Shown in pieces: positions 54,394 through 64,000 of a stretch of DNA of 64,000 bases. The stretch comes from Octopus sinensis (taxonomy: Eukaryota): positions 68,324,001 to 68,388,000 of the forward strand of contig NC_042998.1 of NCBI RefSeq assembly GCF_006345805.1, written 5' to 3'. A program made the position numbers and the translations under genes. The stretch's first letter is position 1. Each line of letters starts with the position of its first letter. The notes under the pieces are model-generated. The model was given only the letters and a program-made list of their open reading frames with translations. It was not told the origin of the DNA and did no database searches.

Positions 54394-54432
<39 letters not shown>

Positions 54433-54944
54433 TATCAACATCATCATCATCATCATCATTACTTCCGGCGGCGAGCTAACCGAATCATTATGCACGCTGG
54501 ATCAAAAGCTTCGCGGCATTTCGTCCGCCACCAAGACCGACTTTGCGTTTAATTCTTTCGGGATCGATGAAATAAAATACCTGTTAAGCTCTACAGTTGA
54601 TGTAATCTACAAATCCACTCCCCACAAAAATTTCAGGCCTTTTACCAATAAGAGAAAAAATTATGTGCATCTGTATTTAACCCTGTATCAGGTTTAAACA
54701 TCTCCGCTTGTCCCATCCTCACTAAATGCATAAAAGAAAGTAACCCATCTTACCATTGTGTTCTATCATATCATAACTATATACCTCTAGACTGTCTTTA
54801 ACGGAGTTTAAATGAAGGAGTCCACTGACTATTTTTTTTTAATCCATTACAAGACAAGTTAGTATAAGTTATTACAAAATATACCATGTCTTTGTTTACA
54901 TTATTTACATTTGACGGATATTTGTCCTCGTCTTGTTTGTTGTT

Positions 54945-54990
54945 AACAGAACGTTTCGGTTGATATACCCTCCAGCCTTCATCAGGTGTC
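54945..54990 (-). ncRNA. Type I hammerhead in tRNA-headed element
   Basis: GACAC-CTGATGA-A-GGCTG..CAACC-GAAA-CG-TT-CTGTT. Confidence 0.65.
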
Positions 54991-55039
54991 TTGTGGAAAT
55001 TTCGAACCTGGGCTCTCATTCCTAAGGTCTCTTTCGATG

Positions 55040-55111
<72 letters not shown>

Positions 55112-55306
55112 TCACTGCCTGGAATCGAACTCGGAATCTCGGGGTTAATCGCCCGCGCTCTTAACCACTACGCCATATGGCGTAGTGGTTAAGAGCGCAG
55201 GCTACTAACCCCAAGATTCCGAGTTCGATTCCAGGGAGTGACTTGTATATTAATAAGATCGAAAAATACCCTAGGAATGAGAACCCAGGTTCGAAATTTC
55301 CCCCAA

Positions 55307-55352
55307 GACACCTGATGAAGGCTGGAGGGTAAATCAGCCGAAGCCTTGTGTT
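55307..55352 (+). ncRNA. Type I hammerhead in tRNA-headed element (degenerate)
   Basis: GACAC-CTGATGA-A-GGCTG..CAGCC-GAAG-CC-TT-GTGTT. Confidence 0.55.
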
Positions 55353-55525
55353 AAGAACTAACGAGATGGTGACAAATATCCGTCAAATGTAAATAAGGTA
55401 AATAATGTGCATAATTCCTCATCTCTTAAATATAGAACTCTATACCAAGTCTTGTTAAAGTTACTACAAGAACTGTATTATATATATTAAATCTCTGAGC
55501 GAGAAGTAAACAGTAGCAGCACGGA

Positions 55526-55915
55526 ATCGTGAAGTGTATTTGCCAACTAAATGTGGCGGTCCCATAGATGACGGTGCTACTGTTGTTTTTAGCCCCAGGA
55601 GGACACCTCCTCCAGCTGGCTAACAACACACTGTCTGTGTCTGATTAGTATTTGCGAGGGGAGGTCATCGCTCCCATCTCTAGCCTTACGTGATACACAC
55701 AGACCCGGGTTTCTGAGTAATAACCCGTCATCAATGTGCGATAATCACCAACTCAGGTTAGAGATGAGAACGATGATTTCCCTTCGCAAATACTAATCAG
55801 ACACAGACAGTGTGTCGTTAACCAGCTGGAGGATGTGTCCTCCTAGGGCTAAAAACAACAGTAGCATCATCCTCTATGGGACCGTCACATTTAGTTGGCA
55901 AATATACTTCACGAT
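55526..55915. repeat. 161-bp inverted repeat with 68-nt spacer
   Basis: Arms 55526-55686 and 55755-55915; mismatches are mostly transitions. Confidence 0.9.
55696..55740 (-). ncRNA. Type I hammerhead in the IR spacer
   Basis: CGCACA-TTGATGA-CGGGT TATT ACTCA-GAAA-CCCGGG-TC-TGTGTG. Confidence 0.65.
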
Positions 55916-55929
55916 GTATTATATATGTT

Positions 55930-56475
55930 ATTACAAAATGAGACGAGGACTTACGTGAATTATTAGAAGATAAGACATGTCTTGCATCAAATATTACAAA
56001 ATAAGAGAAATCTAGTGAAAGTTATTACATGTCCTTGAAAAGTTATGACAGGACCTGTCTTACATACGTTTTTACAAGATATGACAAGTCTTGTGTGAGT
56101 TACTGCAAAACAAATTTTGAATATATTTCAAGACAAGTCTTGTGAAAAGCAATATTAGACAAGTCCCGTATGAGCTATAAGACGAAAAGACGAGTCTTGT
56201 ATATGTTATCAAAATAAATCCTGTGAATCTTTTTGAAAGATAAGGCAAGTTTTATGAAAGTTACTGCAGGATAAGACAAATTTTGTATCAATTATTACAC
56301 GATAAGACAGTTTTCTGTACGTTACTATGAGGTAAGTCTTGCGAAAATTATTGTAAGATGAAACAAGTTTTGTATAAATTATTACAAGATAAGACATGCT
56401 TTGTGTAAATTATTACAATGTAAGATAAGTCAGATATATAAGTTATTACAAGTTTTGTGAAAGTCATTACAAAGG
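55930..56475. repeat. Degenerate ~30-bp minisatellite
   Basis: Recurring TTATTACAAGATAAGACAAGTCTTGTG-like motif. Confidence 0.7.
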
Positions 56476-57507
56476 AAAGGAAATAGAACTGTATTCATAA
56501 ACCGATCCTCAGTTTACTGATGGGGGTGGAAAAAATCGGTAAAATTGTGTTGGCTTCCACTAAACGAAAATTCAAATTTTCTCTTGCTAGAAAATTTATG
56601 ACACAGATGACTTCGGTAAAGTTATAAAATAAAACAATATTCAACAATGCAAATCACAAAGTATTCAGCAAGTTAGTCGCTGATCTGTTGTGAGCAATTT
56701 ATCAAACTGCCACAATATTACGTAGGAATCTAGACATATATATATATAACTGTCAATGATAAACTTGGAGAATAATAGAATGGAATGACAGCTTAGTTTC
56801 TAGTGATAGTGGGGTAGTAACAGAAGTAGTCAATGTTAGCCAGTCAGTTTGACACAAGATCGGAAACATATAAATACAGATGTTGTTATTGTCGTTGTTT
56901 CACCTCAGGTCTTGACCGTCTGGTTCTTTTTCTCTCTTTCATATCAAAAATTATATTGCGCAATATGCCGTTCATGTTCTACGCGGGTAAGGCTTGATTT
57001 GAGGGAGATCTCGCCTCCTGTTTCGAAAAGGTTGAGCGATTACGTGGAGGCTCCGTGTTTCCTTCGTGAGATAAATATACTTTCTGGCAGATTTTTTTTT
57101 GTCCGAGATGAAAAAAAGCATTTACCTGTGACCACCACCACTCCCAGCACGATTTCACAACACCTGCTGGTCTGTTTCTAATAACTCGTACTCTGCCGGT
57201 TACGACGACGAGGGTTCCTGTTGATCCGATCAACGGAACAGCCTATTCGTGAAATTAACATGCAAGTAGCTGAGTACTCCACAGCCGCGCATACCCTTAA
57301 TGTACTTCTCAAGGAGATTCACCATGGCATACAGAACGTGACAAGGCTGGCCCTTTGAATTACAGCTACTACTCATTTTTGCCAGCTGAACGGACTGGAG
57401 TAATGTGAAATAAAGTGTCTTGCTCAAGGACACGAGGCACCGCCAAGAATCGAACTCAAGACCATACGATCATGAACTAAGCCACGCGCCTTCACATGCA
57501 TGCATAC

Positions 57508-57538
<31 letters not shown>

Positions 57539-58289
57539 TGTATGCGTGTATGTGTATATGTGCGTGTATGTGTGTATGTACGTATGTATGCATGTATGTA
57601 TGTGTGTATGTGTGTATGCATGTATGTGTGTATGTAGGTGTGTGTATGTATGTATGTATGTGTGTATGTGCAGATTTGTATGTTTGATGTGTGTATTTCC
57701 ATGCATATAGTTATATATCTAGACGTGCTCATTTCTGGAAAGTTTTACAGATTTTTACAGTTCCAGTGATGTATTGGATTTGTAGCCTTCGAATAAGCTT
57801 TCACCCTTCTCGTTTTGAGAAGCCAAATTTTTCAAGATTGGTATTTAAGCAGTGTGTTACATCTCCCAGGACCCCAATAATTACAGGTATAAACCTGAAC
57901 TTGTATGTATGTATATATGTATGTATATATGTATGTATGTATGTCATAATTTAATTATTTCAAGATTTCTTGCCAATAGAGAAAGAACTGGTTTCTAACC
58001 TAGATCCAAGGTTCCTTTACTGGAATTTCAACATCAACAAAGGGTATTATTGTTTGTATGTATGTATGTATGTATGTATGTATGTATGTATGTATGTATG
58101 TATGTATGTATGTATAAACGATAGGCTTCTTTCAGTTTCCGTCTACGAAAACCACTCACAAGGTTTTGGTTGGTCCGAGGTTATAGCAGAAGACACTTGC
58201 CAAAGGTTCCACGCAGTGGGACTGAACCCAGAATCTTGTGGTTGGGAAGCAAACTTCTTTCCACAAACCTATGTCTACACTCCAGAAGT

Positions 58290-58670
58290 GGAAGTGTAAT
58301 GGCTCAATGGTTAGGGCAGCGGACTCGCGGTCGTAGATTCGCGGTTTCGATTCCCAGACCGTGCGTTGTGAGTGTTTATTGAGTGAAAAACCTAAAGTTC
58401 CACGAGGCCCCGGCAGTAGGGTGGCGAACCCTGCTGTACTCTTTCACCACAACTTTCTCTCACTCTTTCTTCTTCTTTCTGTTGTACCTGAATTTCAAAA
58501 GGGCCAGCCTTGTCACACTCTGTGTCACGCTGAATCTCCCCGAGAACTATGTTAAGGGTACGCGTGTTTGTTGAGTCCTCAGCCACTTGCACGTTAATTT
58601 CTCGAGCAGGCTGTTCCGTTGATCGGATCAACTGGAACGCTCGTCTTCGTAACCGACGGAGTGCCCCACT
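58290..58670 (+). mobile_element. tRNA-derived SINE family B, near full length
   Basis: TGGCTCAATGGTTAGGGCAGCGGACTCGCGG...GGTTTCGATTCCC with the tail ...ACCGACGGAGTGCC. Confidence 0.85.
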
Positions 58671-59002
58671 CCACATCTATTGTAAATTTCTTAGTAGAAA
58701 TTCTTAGCGCAGTCAACGATGAGCAAGGAAGAATGATTTCATGAAGATAGCCATACAATGAAAAAAACACCCCAGTGCTTTGGGAATTTCTACACAATAA
58801 TAATCGATATTGGCTGGCTGGGTGGTTATTTTTGGCTGGCTGGCTGGCTGGCTGATCGGCTAGTTAGCTGGCTGGTTTCTCTAGTCAAGCTTTACAGTGC
58901 TTAGAGAGTAAAAGAAAGATAACATAAGCGGTGCAGGATGAGTGTACATACTAGGATTGGTGTATGTGTCTGTGTTTGCGCGCGCGTGTGTCTGAGTGTG
59001 TG

Positions 59003-59050
<48 letters not shown>

Positions 59051-59703
59051 GTATGTGTGTGTGTGTGTGTGTGTGTGGACTTCCACAACATAAAAATCAA
59101 CGCGGACAGTAATTTTGTTTCCATCTCTTTTTTTTCTTTTTTACTTATTGAACATTGTTTTACTTACATTTACCTTAAGCATCCTTCTCGAGCCCTATGG
59201 ACTCATGAGTGCCAGTTTCCCGGTTTTCCGGTTTCCGTGGTGTGTATATGTATTTGCCTCCCACTCCTCCGTGGACGGGGCACCGGTCCGTCGCAGGCTG
59301 AGCCTTTCTTGCCAGCAGAGTGGACTGCAGCAACGTGAAATGAAGTGTCTTGCTCAAGAACACAATGCATCACCCGGTCCAGGAATCGAAACCACAATTT
59401 TATGATTATGCGTCCAACATCCCCTAACCACTAGGCTATGCTTCCCCACACACGCATTATTTTAAGGTTATTCTTTTGTTCTTTTACTTGTTTCAGCCAT
59501 TTGACTTCGGCCATGCTGGAGCACCGCCTTTAGTCGAACGAAACGACCCCAGGACTTATTCTTTGTAAGTCTAGTATTTATTCTATCGGTCTCTTTTGCC
59601 GAACGGCAAATGTTACGGGGACGTAGACACGTCACCATCGGTTGTCAAGCGATGGTGGGGGACAAACACTGATACACAAACACACACACATACATACATA
59701 TAC

Positions 59704-59750
<47 letters not shown>

Positions 59751-59832
59751 ATATATATGTGTATATATATATACATACATACATATACATATATATATAT
59801 ATACATACATACATATACATACATATATATAG

Positions 59833-59873
<41 letters not shown>

Positions 59874-60442
59874 ATGGGCTTATGAAACCAGTATGATCTC
59901 AAGCTTAAATTCAGCGCCTCAACATCAGACCGTGGTTGGTAGAGAGAACATGCTGAGGCCTTCGATATGCAGTGGACTGAACATGGGCAGTTCAGTCCAA
60001 TGCAATCCAAACCTTCTTCGATGGACAATTAAAGAGCTGAAGGGCATCATCCATTCTGAATCCATTGAGGTGTCTTCTGGTGGCCATTCCGTGACACGAT
60101 AATTAACCCACAACGGGGATCCTGACAGGTGCTGTCCATTGTTGGATGGTAATTCTCGACGACCCAGAACAAGTTTATTTAGGCAAAAACATATTCAGAA
60201 CGCTTTTTAAGTCCGGTGTAATGTATATTTTTCAATTACATACGTGTCTAATCGAATCTGCTTTTTAAAAAAAATGAGGTTAAAATTAATTATATATGGA
60301 TTAATTAAGTGTACATTGTGTTTCGATCCAAACCATAAATAAATGTTGTATATAATGTTATTTAATATATTTTACATATTGATTAAGAGCGAGAGAGAAA
60401 CATACGATATCATTGTATTTGAAAAACTAGACGCGCTGGGAG

Positions 60443-60443
<1 letters not shown>

Positions 60444-60477
<34 letters not shown>

Positions 60478-60521
60478 AGGAAAGAAAGAAAGAAAGAATG
60501 AAAGAATGAATGAATGAATGA

Positions 60522-60561
<40 letters not shown>

Positions 60562-60815
60562 GAGAAAGAAAGAAAGATAGAAAGAAAGAAAGAATGAAAG
60601 AATGAAAGAATGATAGAATGAATGAGTGAATGAAAGAAAAAGAAAGAATAAATGAATGAATGAAAGAATGAAAGAAAGAAAGAAAGAAAGAAAGAATGAG
60701 CGAATGAAAGAAAGAAAGAATGAAACAAAGAAAGAATGAGTGAATGAAAGAAAAAGAAAGTGTGAATGAAAGAATGAAAGAAAGAATGTAAGAAAGAAAG
60801 AAAGAATAAATAATA

Positions 60816-60867
<52 letters not shown>

Positions 60868-60885
60868 CAGATAGACAGACAGATT
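60444..60885. repeat. (GAAA)n/(GAAT)n microsatellite
   Basis: Visible directly. Confidence 0.95.
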
Positions 60886-61239
60886 TGTTGTTATCGACGT
60901 CCAAACCGTATTCGGAAAAGACTTAATTCCATCTCCAATGAAAAGTAAAAAGTTTATTTTATTAAGCAATGTTATAGACCTGTTTGGTCATGGTTTACGA
61001 CCCCGGGGCAACAACAACAACAACAACAACAGCCATAACAACCAGCTGCATACATTCAGATGCAATAAGCTCTATTAAACAATTTAGCAATTTACTTTTC
61101 TTCCATTTCTCCGTCTACGTTTACTTATTCATCAATGATGGCGTTCTTTTCAAACGATTTACTTCTTGCAACAAATACTTTTTCGCCTCCTTTCTCTTTA
61201 CTCTTACTCTCTCTCTCTCTCTCTCACTCGCTCTCTCTC

Positions 61240-61278
<39 letters not shown>

Positions 61279-62086
61279 TTCCTTCTGTTTGTCTTTCTTT
61301 CTTTTCTTTCTCCCCTCTTACTTTCTTTTTTTTCTATTACTCTCTCTGTTGCTCTTACTTTTTTTCTCTAATTTTCAATCACCACTAATGTGATTCTCTC
61401 TCTCACAACACACACACACACAAACACACAACACACACACACAAACACATAAACACACACACGCACGCACACACACACAAGCCCAAGCAAACACGCATAC
61501 ACACAAATACAAACACATACACACACAAACAAAAACACAAACACACACAAACACACATCATAGTAATCTTTAACTCACTCCTACTTTACTATTTAACCCT
61601 CCTCCGTCTTTCACTCTTTCACTGTTTATTTCTTTACTCTCTCTCTCTCTCTCTCTCTGTCCCGTCCCATGGAAACCACATCTCAGACATCTCCAGCCAT
61701 GCCACTCCGCCTCCAGCCTCATTAATCCCAGGGACAGCTGCCTAATTACAGATAAACTCTATTACCATAAACCATGTCTGCCTACGTCACCATTCATCGT
61801 CTTCCATAAATTATGGACAGCCATTGCCTTTTCTATCTTTAATCATATTCTGCTGTGTCTGAGCGTCTGGCTACATATGCATGTGTGTTTATGTGTGTCT
61901 ATGGATATGTGTACGCGTATATACACATATGTATATGTAAACCAATATACATATATATATATATATACACATACATATATTTATATATACATACTAGTAT
62001 ATGAAATTCAAGTAATACTCGTGTGTGTATGTATGTGTGTACGTGTACGTATTCTGAATGAATGGGAGATACATATACGTACATAC

Positions 62087-62170
<84 letters not shown>

Positions 62171-62351
62171 TGTATGTATGCATAAATCCATACATATATG
62201 TACATATTTACATTTATATATATACATATATGCACACACACATACATATTTATATATACATATATGTATATATATATATGTGTGTGTGTGTATGTATACA
62301 AATATGTGTATATATATATATATGTGTGTATGTATCCAAATACACACACAT

Positions 62352-62393
<42 letters not shown>

Positions 62394-62416
62394 ACATACA
62401 TACATATATACATACA

Positions 62417-62450
<34 letters not shown>

Positions 62451-62513
62451 CATACATGCGTGTGTGTATGTATCTATATAAATGTGTACATATATACCCA
62501 TATATGTGTGTAC

Positions 62514-62545
<32 letters not shown>

Positions 62546-62583
62546 TTATGTATGTATGTATGTATGTATGTATGTATGTATGT

Positions 62584-62639
<56 letters not shown>

Positions 62640-62659
62640 ATACATGCCAATCAATAGAA

Positions 62660-63060
62660 ATCAAAACAAATATAGACTTTAATTTAACGCGAAGAATATG
62701 CTCGGTCGTTTCGAATTTTGAAACTCGAAATAAAAGACGCCAAGAACTAAAACAACTACCACTTAATAGACAATATCCACGAAAGTTAATTGACAACGGA
62801 TCAGGGTGTGCAAAAGCATTAGACATTCAAGAATTACCAAAAACGTAAAGCAATTCCAATACAGCAAATATTCCGTCTTACCTCACAACACACTACACAA
62901 GAAATACAAAAACAAACAACATTATCTATCTGAGCATTCCATTATTGAAGCAAGAACTAAAAACAAGCACTCGAAATACACAAGATAATTCTAAAAGCCT
63001 CACATACAAGCAGCCAAATTACCCGGTAAAAATACGGCATTAGTCAGAGTGTCATCGTCC
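62660..63060 (+). pseudogene. PLE RT thumb/linker remnant
   Basis: [17 protein letters not shown]...[17 protein letters not shown]...AK....EL and KQPN. Confidence 0.7.
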
Positions 63061-63117
63061 GACCTGCTGAACTCTCATCAAACTTATACAAGACACGCCT
63101 ATATGAATTAGAATAAA

Positions 63118-63500
63118 GGCGCAGGCGTGGCTGTGTGGTAAGAAGTTTGCTTCCCAGTCACATGGCTCCAGGTTCGGTAACGCCTTGGGCAACTCCTGCG
63201 TAACACCTTGGACAAATGTCTTCTACTATAGCTTCAGACCGACCAAAGCACTATGAGTGGATTTGGTTAAGGGAAACTGAAAAAAGCCCGTCGTATGTGT
63301 GTGTGTGTGTTTGTCCCTCACCGCAGTTTAACAACCAGTGTTGGTTTGTTTACGTCCCCGTAAATTAGCAGTTCGACAAAAAAGACCGATAGAATAAGTG
63401 CCAGGCTTTTAAAGTACTGGGGTCGATGCAGTCAACTAAAAATTCTTGAGTGAAATGTCCCAGCATGGCTGCAGTCTAATGACTGAAACAAGCCAAAGAT
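63118..63500 (+). mobile_element. SINE family A, diverged full length
   Basis: Colinear with 7033-7488. Confidence 0.8.
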
Positions 63501-63637
63501 AAAAGACATCAACACTGTAAAACGATGCCACTGCGTTTGATCGTCAAAAACTTGAATTTGGGCCAGTAAATGTAATAGTTTTAACGAAGAATATATTGCA
63601 CGAACGAAACTTAGTTTGAGAAACAGAATCAATATTA

Positions 63638-63972
63638 TCTTCTCTATATATAAAAGGCAGGTTGTCTGTCTGTGTGTCTGTGTGTCTGTCAGGTTGTACC
63701 CTCACCCTGACCATGGCTTTCGACCGATTCTGAGGAAACTTGACACAGACATAGCCCAATGTCATAATTGAAAACTAACGCAGCGAAAATTTTGAAAAGT
63801 TCCCCCAGTTCTGAAAAAAATTTATAAATTCCGCCACTTCAAGCAGTCAACGAGAGAAAACATGACCAGACAACATAACCTTAGCATACTTCTGCTAATC
63901 GCAGCTGCAGCCGCAAGTCGTTGCCTACTAGGGGTTCTTACATATCCGGGCAACGCTGGGCTATGCTGCTAG
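63638..63972 (+). mobile_element. Mini-Helitron (335 bp)
   Basis: A|TC...TCTCTATATATAAAAGGCAG start; CCGGGCAACGCTGGG hairpin and CTAG|T end; inserted between A and T. Confidence 0.8.
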
Positions 63973-64000
63973 TTAAGCAATAAATGCGAAATCTTAATAC

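Larger units (their letters stand above)
54896..55439. mobile_element. Head-to-head pair of tRNA-headed elements carrying a hammerhead
   Basis: A-box TGGCGTAGTGG and B-box GAGTTCGATTCC; 44-bp perfect palindrome centred at 55176/55177; HHRs at 54945-54990(-) and 55307-55352(+). Confidence 0.8.

Overview
AT-rich, microsatellite-saturated animal non-coding DNA, probably from an octopod cephalopod. That is inferred from the tRNA-SINE style and extreme (TA)n/(CA)n/(GATA)n content and is not provable without a search. I see no intact host gene; nearly all listed ORFs are microsatellite read-throughs. The window is a transposon graveyard: tRNA-SINE families, Penelope-like (PLE) remnants, restriction-like endonuclease (RLE) LINE remnants (HERO, R4/Dong-like, CRE-like), an RTE remnant, three Helitrons and a full-length decayed mariner. 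Main discovery: about 24 hammerhead ribozyme (HHR) motifs from about 11 sequence families. (1) A young ~397-bp x ~5.7 tandem array (1377-3640) carries one type I HHR per unit with a palindromic stem III, i.e. a retrozyme/circRNA-template architecture inserted in (TA)n beside an RT-deleted PLE. (2) A fossil ~307-bp three-unit HHR array lies at 46.25-47.05 kb. (3) A tRNA-headed SINE-like element carries an HHR (54.9-55.4 kb). All pairings were read by eye; no folding, alignment or database search was run.
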